Shown here: piece after piece, positions 47,301-56,200 of the stretch
Numbering within the stretch: position 1 is the first letter of the stretch
How the letters are laid out: every line of letters starts with the position of its first letter
Source of the DNA: a virus
Lineage: Duplodnaviria; Caudoviricetes
Length of the DNA stretch: 64,000 bases
Virus record (IMG/VR): IMGVR_UViG_3300033802_000250
Direction: 5' to 3' (one strand)
The notes under the pieces: generated by a model
Seen by the model: only the letters and a program-made list of their open reading frames with translations
The model's database searches: none
What the model was told of the DNA's origin: nothing
Position numbers and translations under genes: made by a program

Positions 47301-48068
47301 ATGGCATCTACGTTCGCACAAACGTACACCAGCTTCTCCGGTGCGGACTTGGTCGTCAGCTTCGGCCCGAAGACCATCGGAGAGCTTCAGCAAATTTCTT
47401 GGGGTATCAAGCGGGAAAAAGCGCCGGTCTTCACGCTCGGTTCTCCTGACCCGCGTTCGTTCTCGCGCGGCAAGCGCGGCATCGGCGGTTCGCTGGTGTT
47501 CGCCCAATTCAACCGCGACGCGCTGATCGAGGAACTGGTCAAGGACTCCAACGTGTGGCAAAACATCGCGCCGGTCGCGATGTTCAGCGCGAAGGGCAAC
47601 ATCGCGAATCGCGGCATGGAGTTCTTCCAAGACGCGCTGAAAATGGCTTCGTGGAACACGTCGTCCAGCGCGAACCAGCAAATGCTGGATCAAGGTTACG
47701 GCTTCCAAGGCCAAAATGCGATCAGCCCGCTGACCATCGACACCGCGTCCGACGGAAGCGGCACCCAAATCCGCGTCCCGCACGGCTTCGGCGTCATCAA
47801 GGCAAACAACATCATGTATGCCGACATGATCCCGCCGTTCGACGTGACGCTGACCTTCGCAAACGAATACGGTCAAGCGGCGTTCCAGAAAATCTACGAT
47901 CTGGACATTCTGGACGAGTCCAGCGGCGTGTCGGTTGACAGCATCGTCATGGAGCGCCAAATGAGCTACGTGGCTCGCCGGATCTCCCCGCTGATGGAAG
48001 GCATCTACGCCCGCGAAAGCGGCGGCACGATGTACGGTGTCGATGTCCAAGGCAACCGCATCCAGTAA
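47301..48068 (+). CDS. Major tail tube protein
   Basis: Directly after sheath; SFSGAD...REKAPVFTLG...SRGKRGIGGSLVF...PPFDVTLTFANEYG; followed by terminator. Confidence 0.8.
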   Translation: MASTFAQTYTSFSGADLVVSFGPKTIGELQQISWGIKREKAPVFTLGSPDPRSFSRGKRGIGGSLVFAQFNRDALIEELVKDSNVWQNIAPVAMFSAKGNIANRGMEFFQDALKMASWNTSSSANQQMLDQGYGFQGQNAISPLTIDTASDGSGTQIRVPHGFGVIKANNIMYADMIPPFDVTLTFANEYGQAAFQKIYDLDILDESSGVSVDSIVMERQMSYVARRISPLMEGIYARESGGTMYGVDVQGNRIQ

Positions 48069-48082
48069 GCCACAAACACATG

Positions 48083-48109
48083 AGCCCGGCGGCGTAACGC
48101 CGGGCTTTT
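48083..48109 (+). terminator. Intrinsic terminator after tail tube
   Basis: AGCCCGGCG-GCGTAA-CGCCGGGCT-TTT. Confidence 0.8.
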
Positions 48110-48130
48110 ATGCTACCGAGGTGATATTCG

Positions 48131-50593
48131 ATGGCGGACGGACAATATGAAAAGTTCACCAAGTTCTCGGAGTTTGTCAATCAGCTTGCCTATCTAAAGA
48201 AGTTGAGTAAAGACAATCCGTCTCCCGAATTGCTGGCTTGGATTACGAACGAAGCCAAAGATCTTCGCTTTCATGCGGTGATGAAGGGTTTCGATCTGGA
48301 ACTGCTCGAAACCGAGTCGTTCAAGAAAAACGGCTGGACGATGACGGATGAGGATCGAAAGAACTTCGAGCAATACAAGCTTCCTTACGATTACGTCAAG
48401 GAGCTTGCCGAATTGAAAAAACAATACAACGATCCGCGCTCCGACAAGGATGAACTCCACAAGCGGGCCCAAATGATCCGTGTCCGCGCGGCGGTAGACG
48501 GTGTCGATCTCCGGCAGGTTGAGGAATGGGCGACATGGATAGCGAAAGGAACCAAACCGTCCGCCGCAGAAATCGACGCGGCTGTGAAGGACTACATCGC
48601 CGAAGTCGAATATACGGCAAAGCTGATTCCGAACTCGCAAAGGTGGCAACAGGCCGAGGAGGATTATAAGGCGGGCAAAATCTCCAAAGAGGAGAAGGAT
48701 CGGATTCAGGCTCAGGCGCATCAGGCCAGCCAAAATATCCGGGCTGAGGCGCTCTCCAAAGGCGTCAACCTGTGGGAGATGGAGAAACTTCTGACCCGCG
48801 TGGTGAAGGGTCGGGAGTGGGGCAAAGAGGATTATGAGATCGCCAAAAGCTACATCGACAAGCTTTATGAAGCGGCGGGTCTCATGCCTAAGAGTCCTTC
48901 CAAACAGACGGTGGACACACATATCCCTTACAAGCGTCAGCCGAGTTACAAATCGCCGTTTGGCGAAACGTACTCCGGCACGGATATGGTAGTGTTCTTC
49001 GCCTTTCCGGGATTCCGTCCCATTGAGATCGGCACGGCGACCACCGTCAGTATCACTACGTATCGTGAAAAGAAACAGATTCGCACCATTGGCCGAATTG
49101 GCGCTCGCGGGTTTACCAAAGGGCCGAGAACGGTATCCGGCAAAATCATCTTCACTGTGATCCGCGAACACATCGTAGAAAGGCTCCGTCGGGAAATCCC
49201 TTATCTGCGTGAACATAAAACGTTGCTGATGGATGAATTGCCGCCGTTCGATATTCTGATCAGCTTCGGTAACGAATACGGCAACAGCGCATTTTTGGTC
49301 ATCAACGGTGTGACCACGGTTGATGAGCAGAAGACGATGTCTATCGAGGAAATGTTTACGGAAACCATCTTCACTTATCTGGCTCGCGACTATCAGCCGC
49401 TTCGCGCCATTGAGGCCGACCCGGATCTGCCGTATGATCCGCTGGATTGGTACAGCACCGTATTCCGTGACAAAGGAAGCGAACTGGTTGGCAAGTTTCA
49501 GCTTGACGATTTGATTCTGAGCGAATACGCCGATAGCTTCGCCAAAGCATTGCCTACGCTGAAGCAAAACGAAACGTGGACGCAAATGTCGGTGCAGGAC
49601 ATCATCAAGAACTACTATCAATCGCTGACACCGATAGAACATCTCGATCCGATGCAACCGCTGAGTCGTAAAATCTTCGTACAAGTGCTGACGAAAGAAG
49701 GCGAACTCGTCAGGTCTGGTAATCTGAAGCTGGAATTCAACAACAGCGCCTACAACGATCCGAGTTATCCGTGGGAGACCGGCCCGACGATTTCCCAATG
49801 GGCGATCAATGATTTGGATTTCGATGTTTCGCTGATCAAGCACTCCAGCGGATACGCTCCCGGCTTGCTGGTGATTCCCGATCATCTTGGCGCGGGCGAA
49901 GGATTCACCGTAACCTACTCCGGGTATGATACGACGGATTGGCACTACAAGCCCGCTACGATCAAAGGCGTTGTACATGACGGCGAACATACTTATGTGC
50001 AGGTCATCTGTGAGAAGGTTGCGGATGACACCGTTCGTATGATCTATCTGCCTGACGATCTTGATCCTTATAATCTGGAGAACTTCTCGTACGAAGGAGT
50101 CAACAAAATACCGGCGCTCAGCACGCTGACAAGCGACAACTTCAAGCGTCAGGTGCAGAAATCGGCGGACGGCGTCCATTGGATAAACCTTTATTGCTCC
50201 AAAGGGCCGAATCCGTATCCGAATGCGGAAATCCAATTGACGTGGAAGTTGGAGCCAAAATTCATGCCCGGGGGAACTACATATGAGAAGTTTGACCGAA
50301 TCACCGGTGGTAAGGCTAACTACGACAAATCTCTGCTGACGAGTCTGCCGGGGTTGCAGGCCAAATACAACAGCACGTATTATACAATCAAGAGCAATCA
50401 ATATGGAAGCGCCGCAATCCGAATCAAAGACTTGGTGTTCTGGAAAGACCAGTTGAATCCGGGCAAATACGTTTACTACGAAGATTTGCCGAAAGACGTG
50501 TTGCTCTACATCTACGCCAAGATCAAGAGCGGCAACGACTACAAAACCGTCACCTGTCTTGTCCGTAAGGTAGACAACGCAAACGACGTGTAA
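48131..50593 (+). CDS. Multi-domain tail protein with central tube-fold domain, 820 aa
   Basis: YSGTD...REKKQIRTIG...TKGPRTVSGKIIF...LPPFDILISFGNEYG matches the tube; helical N-terminus. Confidence 0.75.
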   Translation: MADGQYEKFTKFSEFVNQLAYLKKLSKDNPSPELLAWITNEAKDLRFHAVMKGFDLELLETESFKKNGWTMTDEDRKNFEQYKLPYDYVKELAELKKQYNDPRSDKDELHKRAQMIRVRAAVDGVDLRQVEEWATWIAKGTKPSAAEIDAAVKDYIAEVEYTAKLIPNSQRWQQAEEDYKAGKISKEEKDRIQAQAHQASQNIRAEALSKGVNLWEMEKLLTRVVKGREWGKEDYEIAKSYIDKLYEAAGLMPKSPSKQTVDTHIPYKRQPSYKSPFGETYSGTDMVVFFAFPGFRPIEIGTATTVSITTYREKKQIRTIGRIGARGFTKGPRTVSGKIIFTVIREHIVERLRREIPYLREHKTLLMDELPPFDILISFGNEYGNSAFLVINGVTTVDEQKTMSIEEMFTETIFTYLARDYQPLRAIEADPDLPYDPLDWYSTVFRDKGSELVGKFQLDDLILSEYADSFAKALPTLKQNETWTQMSVQDIIKNYYQSLTPIEHLDPMQPLSRKIFVQVLTKEGELVRSGNLKLEFNNSAYNDPSYPWETGPTISQWAINDLDFDVSLIKHSSGYAPGLLVIPDHLGAGEGFTVTYSGYDTTDWHYKPATIKGVVHDGEHTYVQVICEKVADDTVRMIYLPDDLDPYNLENFSYEGVNKIPALSTLTSDNFKRQVQKSADGVHWINLYCSKGPNPYPNAEIQLTWKLEPKFMPGGTTYEKFDRITGGKANYDKSLLTSLPGLQAKYNSTYYTIKSNQYGSAAIRIKDLVFWKDQLNPGKYVYYEDLPKDVLLYIYAKIKSGNDYKTVTCLVRKVDNANDV

Positions 50594-50606
50594 GGAGAGA
50601 GCGAGC

Positions 50607-51695
50607 ATGGCGATCAAAGAACCGCTTGGTGTGCGATATACGAAAACCCGGGTCAACTACCAACTGTTTCCCGAGGAGTTCTTCGCTTCGTCCGACGTGT
50701 CGATTTATTTCAATGATGTGTGGGTGGACGACATCTCCGGGTTTCAGTTTGAACTCACCGAGATGGTGAAGCCGGTTTACGGGTACGCCTCCAAGACATG
50801 GGACTACATCATGCGCGGCAAACGCATGATTCGCGGCACCTTCCGTATTGCCTTCCGGGAGGCGGGATATCTGTTTACGATCTTCGACCACATCGGGCAG
50901 TTGGTGGGCCGTGACGGTAAAAACGTGGCCCCGGCTATCGCCTATGCTTTGCAGGGTCAACAACCGCCCAAATGGTACGGCCAAGCCAAACAACGGATCG
51001 AAGATATCCTCCGATACTGGCATGAGGAAAAAGATCTGCCCATAACCGGCGTAACAGAGACCCTCATTCCACCGTGGCCGGAAAACGTTCTGAAGCGGGG
51101 GATGACCGGCAACAGTGTACGTATCCTTCAGCAATGGCTGACGTATGAGGGGTACTACAATGGGCCGATCAACGGAATCTTCGATGAGGCGACGGAAAAC
51201 GCCGTCAAAACCAAACAGCGCCGTCGGGGTGAACCGCAGGATGGTATCGTCGGAGCCGCCATCAAGCGGGATTACTCCAAGAAGGAGTACAAATCCGCCA
51301 CAACACCGGCGGCCCTCGCGAAAGATGCCAATGGATGGGCAGAGCCCCGTATGGTACAATATGAAATGGAAATATGGGGAAGACCGTTCGTACAAGGCGC
51401 GGAAGACGTTCGCAAGCACGAATCGTTCTTCTGGCGCGGACGCACAACGGATGTCAACGGCCTGCATACGCAAGGTCTGATGCAAAAAGGCATTGACATC
51501 TACATCAACTACGGCCCCCTGCCGGAGTTTGTTCAGGCCAAGATGCAGAAGATTACGGAGGAGGTCGCCAGCTTCAATACGACCGTGCGGGCGATTCGCA
51601 ACGTACAACTTACCAATCTCGGCCAGATCATCGACTCCCGGACAGGGGAACCGATTGAAGAAGTCTACGAGTTTATTGCGCAGGATCTTGATTAA
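50607..51695 (+). CDS. Tube-fold tail protein with inserted peptidoglycan-binding domain
   Basis: KPVYGYAS...RGKRMIRGTF tube-like; LKRGMTGNSVRILQQWL...GIFDEATENAVK...DGIVG is PG_binding_1-like. Confidence 0.75.
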   Translation: MAIKEPLGVRYTKTRVNYQLFPEEFFASSDVSIYFNDVWVDDISGFQFELTEMVKPVYGYASKTWDYIMRGKRMIRGTFRIAFREAGYLFTIFDHIGQLVGRDGKNVAPAIAYALQGQQPPKWYGQAKQRIEDILRYWHEEKDLPITGVTETLIPPWPENVLKRGMTGNSVRILQQWLTYEGYYNGPINGIFDEATENAVKTKQRRRGEPQDGIVGAAIKRDYSKKEYKSATTPAALAKDANGWAEPRMVQYEMEIWGRPFVQGAEDVRKHESFFWRGRTTDVNGLHTQGLMQKGIDIYINYGPLPEFVQAKMQKITEEVASFNTTVRAIRNVQLTNLGQIIDSRTGEPIEEVYEFIAQDLD

Positions 51696-51729
51696 GTCAA
51701 TTCTGACAATGTAAGAGAGGGGAATCGGT

Positions 51730-52440
51730 ATGTCGTTTCTTCCACCGAAAGACAAAATGAACGAAGGAGCCGGAAAGCGCCCGGATGGCCGCTATAAACG
51801 TCGGGATGAACTGGAGCAACAAGGGGAAGACGAAGCTCAAAATCTCGACAACCACACCCTGCGGGTCGGCGGATTCGGGCCGCCACAATATGGCGAAGAA
51901 TCGCAATCGCAACGGCGACCGACGTATGACGAAGAACAGCTTCGTCGCGCATACCAAAACTTCTCCGACGAAGAAACCGAAGGCGATGAGGATCTGATCG
52001 GCGACGAAGACGACGAGGAGGATTACGATGAGGGCGACGAGTACCTCGATGATGTTGCGCCTCAATCCCTCCGTCAACCGGGCGGCGCGTTTTTGCAGGA
52101 TGAACCTCTGTTCCCGGGCGGGCCGATGGTCTCTGAAGTCAACTCGTGGAAAAAGCAGTTTGAAGTCGATGGACACGTCATCATGATGTCCGACGACATC
52201 GGCGGAGAAACGTTCATCTGGCGCACGCTGAGCCGGACGGAATACCGGGAGATCATGAATCTGCCGAACACCGATCCGCTTCAACGCGAAGAAATCATCT
52301 GCGAAATTTGCGTCTTGTTCCCGTACAACTACAAGTTCGATACGATGGCAAGCCGCAAGGCCGGAATCCCGGCGGTACTCGCGGAGCAAATTCTGCACGA
52401 ATCAGGATTCAAGAAACCGTCACCTCCGATCAGATTGTAG
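51730..52440 (+). CDS. Putative tail assembly chaperone 1
   Basis: Position before tape-measure-like genes; FIWRTLSRTEY...CVLFP...LAEQILHESGF. Confidence 0.55.
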   Translation: MSFLPPKDKMNEGAGKRPDGRYKRRDELEQQGEDEAQNLDNHTLRVGGFGPPQYGEESQSQRRPTYDEEQLRRAYQNFSDEETEGDEDLIGDEDDEEDYDEGDEYLDDVAPQSLRQPGGAFLQDEPLFPGGPMVSEVNSWKKQFEVDGHVIMMSDDIGGETFIWRTLSRTEYREIMNLPNTDPLQREEIICEICVLFPYNYKFDTMASRKAGIPAVLAEQILHESGFKKPSPPIRL

Positions 52441-52450
52441 GTGATGCTCG

Positions 52451-53263
52451 GTGGATCAAGAAGAACTGGAGAGAATGCTTCTTCGGTTCCGCAACCAGTA
52501 CGGTGAAGTCTATGTCACAGCCATTGGTGATGTGGAATTTGTCTTCCGGGCTTTGACACCGAAAGAGCATCGGGAGATCGCCGAGTTCGCGGAAAATGAA
52601 GACGACGCATTCGAGCGCATCTGTAATACCGCCGTGCTGTGGCCCAAGATCGACTTTACCCGGGGCCGCGCGTATTGGCCTACGATGCTGGCCCCGCAAA
52701 TCCTTGAGGAATCCGGCTTCGGCGGAAACTACAAAGAGATCCAGTTGCTTGAGATCTTTCGTGAGCAACTGAAAGGCTTTGATAAACAAGCCGAAATCCT
52801 CATCGCCACGGCGTTTCCTCAATACCGCTTTGAGGAGATTGAGACGTGGACGAAGGAAAAGCTGATCAAAATGGCTGTCGCCGCAGAATGGCAATTGCGT
52901 TATCTGCGCGGACTGAAAGACTTTGAATTGATCCCGACTGTCCAGCAGGAGCCGGATGTTGATGGCGAAGTTCAGGAAGAACAACCGTTTGACATCATGG
53001 AGAAGGCTTGGGAACTCAGGCGCAGGGGCCAAGATCCGCTCTTTGTGCTTCGTGATTTGATCCAGAAGCCAAAGCCTCCATTCGTCGAGCGCCCGATCAT
53101 CGGCGGCAACCAACAGATCGACACGATCATTGGCGGTATCGACGCATGGAAAAAGGAGGTTCTCCCTCGTGGCAGATACGACATTATACAAAAACAGGTA
53201 CAGGAAGTATCTCGAAGACGACGCAGACACGTATCTCGGCGAAAAGACGCCGACCAGCACTAA
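52451..53263 (+). CDS. Putative tail assembly chaperone 2 (paralog of chaperone 1)
   Basis: FVFRALTPKEH...AVLWP...LAPQILEESGF aligns with the upstream protein. Confidence 0.55.
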   Translation: MDQEELERMLLRFRNQYGEVYVTAIGDVEFVFRALTPKEHREIAEFAENEDDAFERICNTAVLWPKIDFTRGRAYWPTMLAPQILEESGFGGNYKEIQLLEIFREQLKGFDKQAEILIATAFPQYRFEEIETWTKEKLIKMAVAAEWQLRYLRGLKDFELIPTVQQEPDVDGEVQEEQPFDIMEKAWELRRRGQDPLFVLRDLIQKPKPPFVERPIIGGNQQIDTIIGGIDAWKKEVLPRGRYDIIQKQVQEVSRRRRRHVSRRKDADQH

Positions 53264-56200
53264 GTTCATCATGGGAGGAGTTGCCGCCGTGGGCCTAGCC
53301 TTCGGCGGCCTTCACGCATTTAACAGCGGTATGCTCCGTGACATCATGCATTCGACCATCCTGCGTGCCGGACGCTATCGCCGTGGCCGCGTAACGGCAC
53401 TCAATCAGTCACTCCGCCGGTGGTCTGAAGATGACGGGTGGACTGGACTCAGTCAAGCGCTGAAGGATGCAATCAAGGGCAATCTCAACTCCGCAAAAAC
53501 CAATATGAACCGGTTTATCGAAACGATGGGCCGGGCGCGAAATTACGCGGAGGATGGCCTGATTGAACATCAGCGCCGGATGGAAAGGATCATGAACAGC
53601 CAACTCGTTGATAAGGAGTACGAGGCGTTCCGCCTGCATTCCAACTACAATGAGATTCTGCGACAAATGCGCGAGCAGGGCATTGACGAGGGAAGCAGAG
53701 CATACCGCTTTGCGGCAGAGCGGATGAGAGACTTCCGCGTGAAGTACACGACGCTCGATGACAAGTGGGAAGCATTGCAGATGCATCGCACCGGATTCCG
53801 TCATGCGACGATCAACGATTTGATTAGGGCAGGCGAACTCAGCCTCGATGAGCCGTGGGTCAAAGAAGGTATGGAGCTTTTCCGGCAGGCAACCGGCAAA
53901 GCGGAAAACTTCCTCACCAGTCGCGCCGACCGGAATATCCTGATCGACATGGACGGCAATATCGCCGATCTGCGCGATTTCCGCAAAACGTTTGTCGGCT
54001 TTATCGAAAGCATTACAACCGACTTCACGATTCCGCTGATCAAAATCAACCCGCTTCGGATGTTCTATCTGGATCTGTTCTTCAGAACCGAGGACAAGCC
54101 GTTCTTCTATCTGGCAAAGCCGTCGCATCGCAATCCAATTGTAACCGGCCACAATGGGGCGGCCAACACGCCGCTGTTCTTTGTGGACGGTAAGGTGTAC
54201 GACATGTTGCCAGCGGATAGCGATCTGCCGAAACAAGTTGCCCAAGGTGTCTTTTTGGCGGACGCCCGGCGTGGGCCGGTGGCTCGGCTTTTGCGGAATA
54301 TGTCGGGCATCAGTATCTCGAAATTCAACAGACCGGAAGCCAACGCGCCATTTTGGGTGCGGGCTCGATACAACCTTCAATCATTCTTGGGACTCGGCCA
54401 GCAGGATGAGCCGGGCGGCAAGTTCGACTTCTTCGATATGACCAGTTGGGGTCAGTCGTTCATGAACTTCTTCACGAAGCGTCTCCAGATGACAAAGTAT
54501 CAAGTGCGGGATGATTATCTGTCCGATGCGTTCGGCGAAGGTGCGCAGTACATCTTCTTCCACAAGCCGAAATCGTGGAATGAATACGACAACATCAAGG
54601 ATTTCTTGGGGCAATTGACGGCGGGCCGAAAGGATTTGACGAAGGTTACAGTAGCATCGCTGTTCCCATACGGTTTTGTGGAGCGCCTTAACGCAACGCT
54701 CAATCAAGTCTATCTCGGACTTCCGAACTCCGATTTGGGAAGCGCGTTCGATATCTTTAAGAACCTGATGCTCAAACGCATCATGCCGATTTGGGCAGGA
54801 TACGAACTGTTTCAGTACGTCAACTACGAATCGGAGAATTTTACCGGAGAGCAATTCAGCGACCGGTTTGCAAAGATGTACGCCCATACCTCTGTCGAGA
54901 TCGCACGTTTGCGGGATAAGCTCGGGATTACCGAATGGGCAAAAGGCGTATCGCCGCTACTTGTTGGTGGCGAACAGATTACGGAGTTCCCGGTTATTGG
55001 CCGGTTCTTTGACTGGAACGACAGCGAAGAAGAAACGAAGGAGTATTGGGAATCCGGCATGGATCCGGTTCGCAAAGGACGTTGGTGGCCGCTTGGCAAT
55101 ACGCCATACACGGGCGGCAAGATCGACTACTTCCAACCGAACTGGGTTCGCCGCGTGCTGGCGGATGCTAAGTTCAGCGACACGATGTATGGTAGCCGGG
55201 ACGAATACTTCGCCCATAGCTGGATGCCGACGCCACGATATCCGCTGGCACCGATTCGGCACTTCTTCACGGATCCGTATCATTGGGAGGAGAAGCATTA
55301 CTACGACCGTCCGTATCCGGTGACAGGCGGTATCCCGGAACTGGAGGAGTTTCCGCTCATCGGCCCGGTTCTCAATTCGACGGTCGGCGCGATCCTGAAA
55401 CCGCAACGCCGGATGCACATGGAGTATTGGGAAGGCCAACCGGAGGATTTGCAGGAGGCTGTTCCGGTTGCCAGCTTCGCGCCGGTTACGCCGGAGCTTC
55501 AGCGGGACTTTGTAATGGGAACCGGAATGTTTGGAGCCGCCGGAGGTGGAACAGGGCCTACGGTATCCATTCCGGCATCGACCATGCAAGCTGTCCAGCC
55601 GGTCATGGCGGCATATGTTACGGCCAGCGGACAGGTTCAACTGATTTCGACAGACGACCAAGAAAACATCCAGTACGCCCGACAAATCATGCAGGATCGC
55701 TCTCCGCTTTATACCGGACGCTTCCGGCAGGAGAACCTTCCGCAACCCGGAGATGTGCCGGATGATTCGATCCCGGTATTTCCGGGTGCATTGTCGCAAG
55801 TTGTTGGCAACCTGCACTATAACGTTTCGGAAATGGGCGGCTTCTACGGCTTCATGGGTACGTCGGTCACGGGCGAACTGTTCGATGATCGTCCCGTGTT
55901 GCAATCGTCGTCTGAAATCTCGTCGTACACCCGTGCGTTTTGGGATATGGACATTGGCGGTTACGGCGGCGACGCGAACGAAATCTTCCGGCGTTTCCTG
56001 CCAAAAGAACGCAGGCTGAATGAAGTGAACCCGATTCGCAACCGGATGCCGGACTGGCTCCCGGGGCAGGATTACTTCATCGACTTCCAGCGTGGCGATC
56101 CTTACGTCAAGATCAAGAAGGGTGAAATCCGCTTGCCGGGCGAAGCCTACGAGCGGATGTACAACATCGACACCGACAAAATGCTCCGCATGGAGATCGG

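Noticed and set aside
53130-53263. Programmed -1 frameshift from chaperone into the giant gene
   Set aside because: The downstream gene is in the +1 frame and has its own strong RBS and GTG at 53169; no canonical slippery heptamer
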